Positions 6,234 through 15,063 of a stretch of DNA of 50,637 nucleotides are shown one piece after another (the first letter of the stretch is position 1; every line of letters begins with the position of its first letter). A model generated the notes under the pieces. That model searched no databases. It was not told where the DNA came from and was given only the letters and a program-made list of their open reading frames with translations. The position numbers and the translations under genes were made by a program. Location: the IMG/VR virus record IMGVR_UViG_3300036815_000220, positions 1 through 50,637 of that record. One strand, written 5' to 3'. The stretch is from a virus (lineage: Duplodnaviria > Caudoviricetes).

Positions 6234-6788
6234 ATGACCATCATGGACAGCGCCCTTCCAGGCGCAGGCGACGCACTGGCCGTCATGTGCCAGAACCAGA
6301 TGACCGGGCCGACGGTGATCGCCGCCGACGCCAAGCGGAACTACGAGGTCGTGTTCCAGGGCAAGGGCCATCCCGACGGGGAGGACGTCCAGCCGATCCC
6401 CGAGGCACTGCTGCGCACCATCCAGTTCCAGCGGGCCATCAGCAGGCGCGTCATCCTCGTCGTCGAGGGGGCCGACCACCCGGTGGTGCAGCAGGCCCTG
6501 TCCCGTCAGAGCGATGCCTTTGCCCGGCGCATGCAGGCTCAGCAGGTAGCCGACCGTGAGGTCCTGGAGCAGGCCGCCGCCGGGGACCTCCTCGTCGTCA
6601 ACTGCATCGGCCCGGGGTCGCGTCCCGGTGCAGTGTGCGGCGACCAGGTGCCCGTCAAGTCCGGGGATACCGGGACACCGCCGCTGTGCGACCGCCACAA
6701 GGGACTGGCGAACCGCTGCCTCAAGCGCGGCGACAGCCCGTGGGTCCTGGAGGACGGCGACTACGACTACGAGGGAACCAGGTTCTGA
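6234..6788 (+). CDS. hypothetical phage protein with C-terminal Cys/His motif
   Basis: aggagg RBS; C..C..CDRH motif. Confidence 0.75.
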   Translation: MTIMDSALPGAGDALAVMCQNQMTGPTVIAADAKRNYEVVFQGKGHPDGEDVQPIPEALLRTIQFQRAISRRVILVVEGADHPVVQQALSRQSDAFARRMQAQQVADREVLEQAAAGDLLVVNCIGPGSRPGAVCGDQVPVKSGDTGTPPLCDRHKGLANRCLKRGDSPWVLEDGDYDYEGTRF

Positions 6789-6789
6789 C

Positions 6790-7215
6790 ATGGCATGGGG
6801 GCGCGGCGTAGACCACTCGGCGATGACCGGGACGTACGAAACCTCGGACACCGCCGGGGCCGGCGCGCCCCACGCCGACCTTCGCGGGGTGACGGCCGCG
6901 TTCGACCTCGCCCGCGCCGCCGACCTGGCGTGGGCGCTGCGGGCGATGGACCCGGCGGACGAGGCCGTCTCCCCGAACGTCGTCCAGACCAGCCCGGGAC
7001 TCACCGTCAACCGGGGCGACCCGGACGGCGATAGGCAGCGGGTCACCGAGGCAGCCCAGCGCGCCCGGCAGGCCCTGGAAGAGGCAGGACTGGAGCTTGA
7101 CCCGGCGACCGGGGCGATCCGGTGGCGGGACCACACCGCCGCCTGGCAGAACCACGCATCCGGGCTCGGCCCCATGACCGTCGTTGACGAGCAGACAGAC
7201 CGGAGCGCCGGATGA
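6790..7215 (+). CDS. hypothetical protein
   Basis: ATG one base after the upstream stop; ATGA overlap with the next gene. Confidence 0.65.
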   Translation: MAWGRGVDHSAMTGTYETSDTAGAGAPHADLRGVTAAFDLARAADLAWALRAMDPADEAVSPNVVQTSPGLTVNRGDPDGDRQRVTEAAQRARQALEEAGLELDPATGAIRWRDHTAAWQNHASGLGPMTVVDEQTDRSAG

Positions 7216-9509
7216 GCACCCCCGCTGACTTCTACGGAGTCCCCCTCGTCGGGGAGGCCGAGCAGACCGACACGATCACGCTTCAGTCCGGCACCCCGGC
7301 CGCCCTGTCGAAGCAGTACGTCGTCTCCTACCCCGCGCTACAGACGGCGGGGGCCGCGCCGACAGCGGACGTCATCTCGGTGTACGACGTCACTACCGCC
7401 ACCGCGCTGGTGCTGAACACCGACTACACGGTGGCGATGACCGGGACCCTGCCGGAGACGGTCTCGTGGACCGTCACCCGGAAGTCCTCGTCCACCGCGT
7501 CGGCGAACGGCGACACCGCCCGGGTCACCTACCGCTACGGCACCGTCCCGGACCAGCAGTACAGCTTCGGCGACTTCCAGGGCGAGCCGGGGGCGGCCCC
7601 GCCAGGTACCGCCTTCAAGGCGTCGAACCAGCCGACCACCGGGTCGGTCACGGCCGGGATCGGCGACCAGGCAGCCGGAGGGTCCCTCACGGACCCCGCG
7701 ACGGGTTCCCAGTCCAGCTCGGAGACCGGCGCTCCTGGCAGCGAGTACAAGGTCCAGGGGACCAGCCCGAGCACGTTCGGCTGGAGCGGGCCGGGCTCCC
7801 CCGACACCGAGGCGGCCTACGGCGGCGGCTTGCCGGAGAACTTCGTCCCGGCGGCCACCAACCCCACCGGGACGCTGGACACTACCGCCTCGGGCGGCTC
7901 CAACCTGGTGCCCTCGATGTACTCCAGCCCGCCGGGGTACCGCGCCCCGTCGGCGGGGGTCGCCGCGTTCACGAAGGACACGACCCTCACCGACATCCTC
8001 GGGAACGAGATCAACGCGAATCCGCTGCCCACGGATGCCTCGTACCCGGCGCAGCAGATCGACACCAGCTACATCGGGGCTCCGGCCGCGCCGACGGCGC
8101 TGCTCTCGCAGGCAGATGCCTTCGCCGCAGCCGCCGTGGCCACGCACTACTACCTCACCCAGGCGGGTCTCACGCCCTCCTCGATCGCGGTGCGGGACAC
8201 CACGGCCTCGGCCAACCTGGTCCTGGGCACCGACTACGCGGTCACCACAGCGGGGACCGGGCCGACCACAGCGGCGTACATCGTCCTGACGGCGGGCACC
8301 AACTTCACCGCCGGCGACAACGTGACCGTCACCTACTCCTACGGCGACGCCACCTACTGGGACTCCAACGCGCCCGCCTCGGTTCCCGGCGCGCCGGCGG
8401 TCACCCAGGTCACGGCGGTCAACCGGGGCGCGAAGGTCACCTGGAGCGCGCCAGCCGGAACTACCTACGTCCAGTACTACCTGCTCCAGTCCACGACCCT
8501 CGGCACGATGTACGTCCCCTACACCGGCCAGCCGGTCAACTACGGCCAGGATGCCCCGGCGGGCGGCGGCACCTACGGGCAGCCGACCTTCCAGTCCGAC
8601 ACCCTGGTACTGCTGGCCGCTGCGCTGGGCGCGCCCGCCACCCCGGCACCTACCACGGCGACGACCGGCGGCACGGTCCTGGCCGGGACTTACGGGGTAA
8701 AGGTCACCTACGTCAACGCCAACGGCGAGTCGGTCGCCTCGGCGATGGGCACCGTCACCACCACCGGCTCGACCTCGACGATCACCGTCCCGTCTCCCTC
8801 CGCGAAGACCTCGGCGACCGGCTGGTACGCCTACGTCACCCAGGCGGGCGGCTCGACTTTCACCCGCCAGCAGCTAGCCGGGCACCCGACGGCAATCGGC
8901 ACCAGCCTGACGCTGACCGCCCCGCCGACCAGCTCCGGGCTCCAGCCCCCGGCGGCGGACACCTCCGCCGCCAACCTGACCCAGGCAGGCATCCTGACCC
9001 CGCCGGCCCAGGTCATCGTCCGGGACCTGACCAGCACCGAGAACGACCCGCTCCAGGCCGACGGCCAGGTGCTGGAGTACGGCTACGACTACACGGTCAC
9101 CTCGGCCGGGGCCGGGCCGTGGACCACTTACTCGATCGCGCTGGCGGCCGGGTCGGTCAACGCCCAGGCGGGCGACACGGTTGTCGCGGACTACTGGTAC
9201 GGCGCGGACCCCAGCTCGGTCAGCGCCGTCTTCACCCAGGGCCTGTACCAGAACACTCCGGTGATCTACGGCCCTGACGGGAGCACCCACGGCAGCCAGG
9301 GCTACGCCTTCCGGGTGGCGGCCGGCAACCAGCTCGGCCTCGGCCCCTACTCGGCCTGGTCGTCCTACGTGGTGCCGCTGAACTACGGCGAGCCGCAGTC
9401 CAACGGCTCGATCACCGTCGGCACCGGATCGCTCGACCCGGCCAACACGGTCAACCCGATCTACCTTCCCGACGGCTCTATTAAAGCCGGGACCGGCCTC
9501 GGAGGCTAA
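7212..9509 (+). CDS. virion structural protein with Ig/FN3-like repeats
   Basis: T/S/G/A-rich; repeated LVL(N/G)TDY.V motif; PGAP..VTW.AP and YAFRVAA.N..GLGPYS FN3-like motifs. Confidence 0.8.
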   Translation: MSTPADFYGVPLVGEAEQTDTITLQSGTPAALSKQYVVSYPALQTAGAAPTADVISVYDVTTATALVLNTDYTVAMTGTLPETVSWTVTRKSSSTASANGDTARVTYRYGTVPDQQYSFGDFQGEPGAAPPGTAFKASNQPTTGSVTAGIGDQAAGGSLTDPATGSQSSSETGAPGSEYKVQGTSPSTFGWSGPGSPDTEAAYGGGLPENFVPAATNPTGTLDTTASGGSNLVPSMYSSPPGYRAPSAGVAAFTKDTTLTDILGNEINANPLPTDASYPAQQIDTSYIGAPAAPTALLSQADAFAAAAVATHYYLTQAGLTPSSIAVRDTTASANLVLGTDYAVTTAGTGPTTAAYIVLTAGTNFTAGDNVTVTYSYGDATYWDSNAPASVPGAPAVTQVTAVNRGAKVTWSAPAGTTYVQYYLLQSTTLGTMYVPYTGQPVNYGQDAPAGGGTYGQPTFQSDTLVLLAAALGAPATPAPTTATTGGTVLAGTYGVKVTYVNANGESVASAMGTVTTTGSTSTITVPSPSAKTSATGWYAYVTQAGGSTFTRQQLAGHPTAIGTSLTLTAPPTSSGLQPPAADTSAANLTQAGILTPPAQVIVRDLTSTENDPLQADGQVLEYGYDYTVTSAGAGPWTTYSIALAAGSVNAQAGDTVVADYWYGADPSSVSAVFTQGLYQNTPVIYGPDGSTHGSQGYAFRVAAGNQLGLGPYSAWSSYVVPLNYGEPQSNGSITVGTGSLDPANTVNPIYLPDGSIKAGTGLGG

Positions 9510-10172
9510 GTGGCAACCTACTCGACGGTCCTGGGACTGAAGCTCAACGACGAGTCCGATCCCTTCCAGCTCTCGGACTTCACGGCGAACTACCAGATCC
9601 TGGACGCCTCGCCGGGGACCTACATCTGCACCTCGACGACCCGCCCGAGCTGGGGAGCGAACCAGAACGGCCGCCTCATCTTCATGAGCGACCTGAAGCA
9701 GCTCTCCTACTGGAACAACTCGACCGGGTGGACCGACCTGCGGGACGCGGCCCCGGTGTTCGCCGGGGGCTACTTCCTGAACACCGGGCTGAACCCGGGC
9801 TCGACCGCGAACTTCGGGCTGCTCACCTTCACCACCCCGAGGCCGAGCGCCATCACGATCATCGCGACCGCCAACTACACCTACAACTCCAGCTCCTGGC
9901 AGGTAGTCACCCAGAGCGTGACGTTCGACGGTGCTCCGTCGAACATGGGCGGCTTCTCCGAGCAGGTACGGTGCGCGGGCGACCCGTGGAACGACGACGG
10001 CACGGTGGCCTCCAGCGCCACTTCGCTGGCTGTCATCCCGTCGGTGTCGGCGGGGCAGCACACGATCGGGATCAAGACGCAGCTCAGCCACATCTACTTC
10101 TCGACCGTGGACCTCCAGGGAGTGAAGATCATCGCCTTCATCTCCACCTTCGCGTCGGGCAACTCCCTGTAG
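9510..10172 (+). CDS. putative minor tail/fibre protein
   Basis: N-terminus MATYSTVLGLKL..D..N.QILD typical of fibre proteins; abuts the upstream gene. Confidence 0.65.
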   Translation: MATYSTVLGLKLNDESDPFQLSDFTANYQILDASPGTYICTSTTRPSWGANQNGRLIFMSDLKQLSYWNNSTGWTDLRDAAPVFAGGYFLNTGLNPGSTANFGLLTFTTPRPSAITIIATANYTYNSSSWQVVTQSVTFDGAPSNMGGFSEQVRCAGDPWNDDGTVASSATSLAVIPSVSAGQHTIGIKTQLSHIYFSTVDLQGVKIIAFISTFASGNSL

Positions 10173-10178
10173 GCGGCC

Positions 10179-11075
10179 GTGACCGTTGACCCGGGGCTGG
10201 TGGACTGGCGGGAGCGCACGTATCTCTCCCAGTTCTCCCGCCCGGCCCTGACCTTCACCGTCTACATCGGCGGAGTGCCCGCCGACCCGGACGGCCAGGC
10301 GGTGACCGGCCGCCTGCTGATGCAGAACCCGGACGGCTCCGAGGCGCTGGTCAGCACCTACCCGGCTGCCCGGACCGGCACCGGGACGTACGTCATCTCC
10401 CCGTCGTCGGCTGACACCCAGGTGCCCGGGTACGCCGAGCTGGACTGGGAGTACTCGATCTCCTCCCAGGCGCAGCAGTACGCCTCCTACCTGGAGATCG
10501 GCCCGGCCAACCCGAGCTACGACGCGCTGCCCGTAGCGATGCAGGATTTCCTGAACGACCAGGTGTGGGTGCGGTTCGCCGACCTCTTCGACTCTGCCGG
10601 GGGAGGCCCGAACGTGCAGGCCTACTTCCAGGCGCACTGGTCCCGGGGCCGGGCGGCGCAGATGATGGGCATCGCCCTGGGGAAGATCAACGCAGCCGCC
10701 CAGCCCTGGTCCAGCTACACGCTCGACGGCAACGGGGGACCGCAGTACCCGATCGGCTTCTGGGGCGGCCTGCTGGCCAGCTACACCTACGTGGAGTGCG
10801 TCAAGCAGCTCATCAGGGCCTACACCGAGCAGGCGATGTTCTCCGGTCCGCCGATCGCCCGGATGGACCGGCGCGACTACACCGACCGCTGGCGGGCGGC
10901 ACTGGGAGACGAGCAGGCGGAGCTGAAGTCACTGCTGGATGTATTTAAGATTCGGCACATTATGAATGGCAGCCCCCGCGTTCTCGTATCGGGGGGTGCC
11001 TATGGCAGGTATGCTCCCACCAGGATCGCAGGCAGCGTTGCGGCTCGGCCCCGTATGTGGGCAAGATTCTATTAG
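10179..11075 (+). CDS. putative head-tail connector (cluster C-like neck protein)
   Basis: WVRFADLFDS.GGP..Q.YFQ, RMDRRDY..RW and SGG.YG.Y.PTR..GS.AARPR.W motifs recalled from Bxz1-like neck proteins. Confidence 0.7.
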   Translation: MTVDPGLVDWRERTYLSQFSRPALTFTVYIGGVPADPDGQAVTGRLLMQNPDGSEALVSTYPAARTGTGTYVISPSSADTQVPGYAELDWEYSISSQAQQYASYLEIGPANPSYDALPVAMQDFLNDQVWVRFADLFDSAGGGPNVQAYFQAHWSRGRAAQMMGIALGKINAAAQPWSSYTLDGNGGPQYPIGFWGGLLASYTYVECVKQLIRAYTEQAMFSGPPIARMDRRDYTDRWRAALGDEQAELKSLLDVFKIRHIMNGSPRVLVSGGAYGRYAPTRIAGSVAARPRMWARFY

Positions 11076-11084
11076 TTTTACTAA

Positions 11085-11435
11085 ATGCCACCTATTCGCG
11101 ATATTCACGGCGTCTACTGCCCGGCCTGCGGGAAGCAGAAGCTCCACCTCCTGGCTGCCGGGGCCATCTTCTGCCTCACGCCCGGGTGCCCTGAGCCGAG
11201 AGCAGCGCAGAAGATCCTCTCCGATCCGGAGACCCTCGACGTCGTGACCTTCACCCCGTACGGCTTCACCGTCCTCCATCCCCTGCGGGAAAGACTGGAG
11301 GGCCAGCTCTTCGACTGCCCGGTCCACCGTGCCTGCGGCGACCTCGGGGGTCCTCCCGACGGCTACGGCCGGTACCGGGTGAGCCTCGACGAGAACCGAA
11401 AGCTCGCCATGGAGAAGCTGCCTGTATTAGCCTGA
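11085..11435 (+). CDS. Zn-binding hypothetical protein (DUF6085-like)
   Basis: CPACG..C..CP.P and FTVLHPLRERL..C..H motifs. Confidence 0.65.
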   Translation: MPPIRDIHGVYCPACGKQKLHLLAAGAIFCLTPGCPEPRAAQKILSDPETLDVVTFTPYGFTVLHPLRERLEGQLFDCPVHRACGDLGGPPDGYGRYRVSLDENRKLAMEKLPVLA

Positions 11436-11592
11436 TCCCGGCGAGATGGAGCCCCCGTCCTCTCGCATGAGAAGAGGGCCGCTCAGGGTCCCCCGCCCGC
11501 CGGCCCTCCCCGAGGCCGCCTGCCGCCACCCAGGCCACAGCAGGCGGCCTCTGCCTTTCCCCGGAAGACGTGAGACCGGAGGAGGGCGCGCC

Positions 11593-11868
11593 GTGAACCC
11601 AGGCCACGTACTGTGGATTCTGTTCGGGCCGGGCACCTGGGGTGCCGGAGGGAACATGGTGGCCTGGGTGATCTGCGGGTTCCTCGGCTTCGGCTGGCTC
11701 TACACCAAGGAAAAGGCCAACCACCTGGCCCGGATGCGGCAGGCCGAGCGCCACCATGCGGAGAAGCTCGCCCAGGCGGACGAGCACCACCGGAGGCTGC
11801 TACGGGTCGCCGCCGACACCTACCGGCACGTGACCGGGGAAGACCACCCGGCAGAGACCGGAGAGTAG
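11593..11868 (+). CDS. small membrane protein
   Basis: ggaggag RBS and GTG start; hydrophobic segment followed by a His-rich helix. Confidence 0.65.
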   Translation: MNPGHVLWILFGPGTWGAGGNMVAWVICGFLGFGWLYTKEKANHLARMRQAERHHAEKLAQADEHHRRLLRVAADTYRHVTGEDHPAETGE

Positions 11869-11871
11869 CCG

Positions 11872-14058
11872 ATGGCGAACGTCCTGCTGGAGAGCGGCTC
11901 CCCCGTTCTCCTGGAGAACAGCCAGGATCTCCTGCTGGAGGGGTCCGGCGGCCCCGCGCAGGGAGCTGCGGCCTTCAACGCTGCCGGGCACCTGACCGCA
12001 GCCGCCACGACCACCAGCCTCGGCTCGGCGATGCACGCCTCGGCGACACTGACCGCCGTCGGCTTCGCGGGGAAGCCCGGGGCCAACCTGACGGCCGCCG
12101 CGAAGATGACGGTACCCGCCAGGGTCATCGTCCTGGAGACCGCGCACCTCTCGGCCAGCCCGTCGCTGACCGCCAGCGGGTTCGTGCCGATGCTGCTGGC
12201 GCGGCCAGTGCTGTCGGCCGCCGGCCAGGTCATCCACACCGGAGCGGCTGCGCTCCGGGGCAGCCCTGCGCTGACCGCAGCGACGTCTGCCTCCGCCGCG
12301 CACCTCGCCGCTGCCCCGAAGCTTCTCGCGCCGGGACGGTCGGCGGCTGCCAGGCTGTTCGCCGGGACCAGCCTGACCGTATCCGGCCGGTACTTTATGC
12401 CCGGCGAGGCCCATCTGTACGCGGGCACGCTGCTGTCGGCGGGTGCGAAGGTCACTGAAACCGCCGCCGCTGCCCTGAAAGCGTCCACGGCGATGGCCGC
12501 TGCCGCACTCAACAAGGTCACCGACTCGGCCGCGCTCTCTGCCAGCGGTCACCTGCTGGCCGCTACCTCGGCGTCGGCCGCTCACCTGGCCGCGAGCCCG
12601 GTCCTGGCGGCCACCGGGCAGCATTCGGCCGTAGCCGCCGCCGGGCTGCACGCCCCCGGCTCGGTGACCGCCGCTGCGAAGGTCACGGAGCGGGCTTCTG
12701 CGGCGCTGCACGCCTCTCCGGCGCTGTCGTCCCAGGCGGTCCCCTCCAGGTCCGGCATCGCCCGCCTGAGCGCCGCAGGAACCCTCTCCGCCACCGGGGC
12801 GACCCACAGGAACGAGGCGGGCGCAGCAGTATTGAGGGCCGCTGCCGTACTGGCGGCGGCTGGGCTCCGCACGACGTTCGGAACCGCTCACCTCGTCTCG
12901 TCCCCCGCGCTTTCGGCCCGTGGCGCACGGACCGCCGTGGCCCGCGCGCAGCTCGCCGCCCAGGCCCGGCTCAGCGCCGCCGGGCAGGATCTCCCGGGCG
13001 TCCGGCTTCACGCCTCTCCGTCGCTGTCCGGATCGGCGGTGATCGCACGCGCCGGGAAGACACTGCTGTCCGGCGGGGCGAAGCTCGCCGGCACCGCGCA
13101 CGGGACCACTTTCCCCAGGGCCGTATTCAAGGCCCCCGGCGTCTTTACCCCGGTGCCCAACGGGATCGTCCAGGGCGCGTCGGCGTTCGCGTGCTCCCCG
13201 TCGCTGGCTGCTGCCGCCGCCGCGAAGCCGAAGCTGCCGTTCCCGGTGCGGCAGAAGGGCAACCAGCCGACGTGGCAGCGTGACGTCCAGCGGTTCGCCG
13301 TCGTCCAGGAGCGGCAGCGGCACGCCCAGGCGCTGTGGCAGTACGGGGAGCTGGCGGTGTTCGCGCTGATGTGGCGTCCGGAGGACATCGGCGCTGGCCT
13401 GGCGAAGCGGTGCACCCGCTGCTACACGCCGCAGTCGGTCATCAGCGACATCGCGCCGGAGTCGCCGCTGCCGCCGGGCTGGCCGACGGCTGATACCGAG
13501 GCGCAGATATCGGCGGCCTACGGGCAGGGGAACCAGTTCCGGTGCACGCTGTGCTACGGCACCCAGGTGATCGCGGCGGCCAAGGCGACGGTTCCGGGGG
13601 TACGGGCGATCCTGGTGCGTCCGGCCATCTTGACCGACACCGACCAGAACCAGCAGCGCAGCGCCAAGGGCGTGGTGAACACCGGGCAGGTGGCGGTGCA
13701 GACGACACCGGACTTCCGGGTGCACACGCTCGACTACTTCTTCCGGTCCGACGGCCGCCGCTACCAACTCCAGGTCCCGGCGAGAACGACGCTGCGGACC
13801 GGGTTCGGCTCGCCTTGGCAGAGCGCGGCGAGCGTCTCCTACAACCTGGCGAGCGCCGTCCTGGAGAACGAGAAGGCGTCGGCGGCGTACGTGATGCCGC
13901 CATCGGCGCAGGACCTGGCGCGGGTGCTGGGCACCTACACCCGGGTCCCGGCTGACTATGCCTGGTTCGAGCAGCACAACGGGCCGCTCATCCCGGAGGA
14001 GGAGCCGCCCGCTGCGGCCTACGGGTTCCAGCAGCCGTCAGAGGCGCTGGGGGTCTGA
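11872..14058 (+). CDS. Ala-rich repeat region fused to a cluster C-like neck/head-closure domain
   Basis: ~450 aa of AAL.AS..L.A repeats, then a QERQRH.QALWQYGE..F.LMW..RC.RCY..C..CYGT domain. Confidence 0.75.
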   Translation: MANVLLESGSPVLLENSQDLLLEGSGGPAQGAAAFNAAGHLTAAATTTSLGSAMHASATLTAVGFAGKPGANLTAAAKMTVPARVIVLETAHLSASPSLTASGFVPMLLARPVLSAAGQVIHTGAAALRGSPALTAATSASAAHLAAAPKLLAPGRSAAARLFAGTSLTVSGRYFMPGEAHLYAGTLLSAGAKVTETAAAALKASTAMAAAALNKVTDSAALSASGHLLAATSASAAHLAASPVLAATGQHSAVAAAGLHAPGSVTAAAKVTERASAALHASPALSSQAVPSRSGIARLSAAGTLSATGATHRNEAGAAVLRAAAVLAAAGLRTTFGTAHLVSSPALSARGARTAVARAQLAAQARLSAAGQDLPGVRLHASPSLSGSAVIARAGKTLLSGGAKLAGTAHGTTFPRAVFKAPGVFTPVPNGIVQGASAFACSPSLAAAAAAKPKLPFPVRQKGNQPTWQRDVQRFAVVQERQRHAQALWQYGELAVFALMWRPEDIGAGLAKRCTRCYTPQSVISDIAPESPLPPGWPTADTEAQISAAYGQGNQFRCTLCYGTQVIAAAKATVPGVRAILVRPAILTDTDQNQQRSAKGVVNTGQVAVQTTPDFRVHTLDYFFRSDGRRYQLQVPARTTLRTGFGSPWQSAASVSYNLASAVLENEKASAAYVMPPSAQDLARVLGTYTRVPADYAWFEQHNGPLIPEEEPPAAAYGFQQPSEALGV

Positions 14059-14271
14059 GGCACCGAACCTGTCGAACTCGTGGTTCTTCGCGCCGCCGAG
14101 GAAGGCGTCCCACTCCTCTGCGGTGAAGGTGAGAGCGTCCTGTGAGTGGTCCCTGCTGTTGCGGACCTGGACGCCGCCGTCGGTGAGGAACTGCACCTCG
14201 ACGCAGTTGCCGTTCGCGAAGGACAGGGACGACTTGAACCATCCGTAACTGGCTGTAGCGTTCTGTGCCAT
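14038..14271 (-). CDS. DUF397 domain protein
   Basis: WFKSSLS..NCVEV....V.VRNSRD.....LTFT.EEW.AFL.GAK.HEFD signature. Confidence 0.92.
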   Translation of the reverse strand: MAQNATASYGWFKSSLSFANGNCVEVQFLTDGGVQVRNSRDHSQDALTFTAEEWDAFLGGAKNHEFDRFGASDPQRL

Positions 14272-14343
14272 ATGTGTTACCATACTCCTGTGTCTCTGGT
14301 TCAGCGGCCCGAGTCGGGGACGCAACGGCAGGGGGACGTCCCG

Positions 14344-14604
14344 TCAGAGGGATGACGGGACATCCTCCTGCGACCACGCTGCCATCGCCCTGCGCAGCTC
14401 GGGCTCGCCGTCGTCCGGGTCTCCGAGCATTTCTGCCAGATCCTGCGCCGTGGGCGTGTCGTCCTCCAGGTCCATGCGGACGATCAGGTCGGCCAGCCGC
14501 TCGCGCCGGATTTCCTTCTGGTCCAGGTCGCCGGTCACCCGCTCTTTGGCGAGTTTCAGCGTTGCGATGATGACGTCTCGTGCGTGCTCTCGGTCCATGG
14601 CCAT
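14344..14604 (-). CDS. hypothetical protein
   Basis: coding-like codons only from ATG 14604; the upstream part of the ORF is antisense to the ncRNA. Confidence 0.6.
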   Translation of the reverse strand: MAMDREHARDVIIATLKLAKERVTGDLDQKEIRRERLADLIVRMDLEDDTPTAQDLAEMLGDPDDGEPELRRAMAAWSQEDVPSSL

Positions 14605-14650
14605 ACGGCAATAATAAAGCGACTCAACAGCACCTTCTGGTACGGTATGT

Positions 14651-14825
14651 CCCGAGCGAAAGCTGAGGTTCAGACTGAGGCTGACCTGCTCCCTCATGAA
14701 CGGGAAGTCCTGGTCCGACTCCAGGCTCCGGCGCGCATGCCGGAGTAGCTCAGGGAGAGCGCCCGGCGGGAGCTTCAGGATCAAGCTGCGACGCTCGAAG
14801 CTCAAGCTCGCGCCAGCGCTCGCGG
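14651..14825 (+). ncRNA. YrlA/Y-RNA-like permuted tRNA mimic 1 with hexamer tracts
   Basis: T arm cctgg-tccgact-ccagg (14709-14725), closed acceptor ctccggc-gcgcat-gccggag, D arm gctc-aggga-gagc; terminal cgagcg/cgctcg stem; TACGGT -10-like at 14641. Confidence 0.75.
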
Positions 14826-14833
14826 ATCGACCT

Positions 14834-14938
14834 GGCACCTGACCCACGCGGGGAAATGCAGGTTCGATTCCTGCCGGGGCCGCCCGTGGCCCTGTGGCCT
14901 AACGGATAAGGCACCTCTTGTGAAAGCTGACGGGTGCC
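14834..14938 (+). ncRNA. YrlA/Y-RNA-like permuted tRNA mimic 2
   Basis: T arm gcagg-ttcgatt-cctgc (14858-14874), closed acceptor cggggcc-gcccgt-ggccctg, D arm gcct-aacggata-aggc; outer ggcacc/ggtgcc stem. Confidence 0.82.
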
Positions 14939-14973
14939 CAACCGCCGCCGCGTTCCGTACCTGGCGTCAGAGG

Positions 14974-15007
14974 CGCATCTCATACATGCGTGACTCTGTA
15001 AAAGTCA
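14974..15007 (+). ncRNA. two abutting free-standing anticodon stem-loops (CAU, GUA)
   Basis: cgcat-ctCATac-atgcg directly followed by tgact-ctGTAaa-agtca. Confidence 0.65.
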
Positions 15008-15063
15008 CCGCCCCGGCGTACACGGCAAAGGTGCGCCGGGGCACCTAACTTCCCGGAGGAAAG

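Noticed and set aside
14605-14983. Antisense ORF extensions (14344-14847 upstream part, 14750-14983) over the ncRNA
   Set aside because: Better explained by the + strand structured RNA; no RBS and non-coding-like codons.
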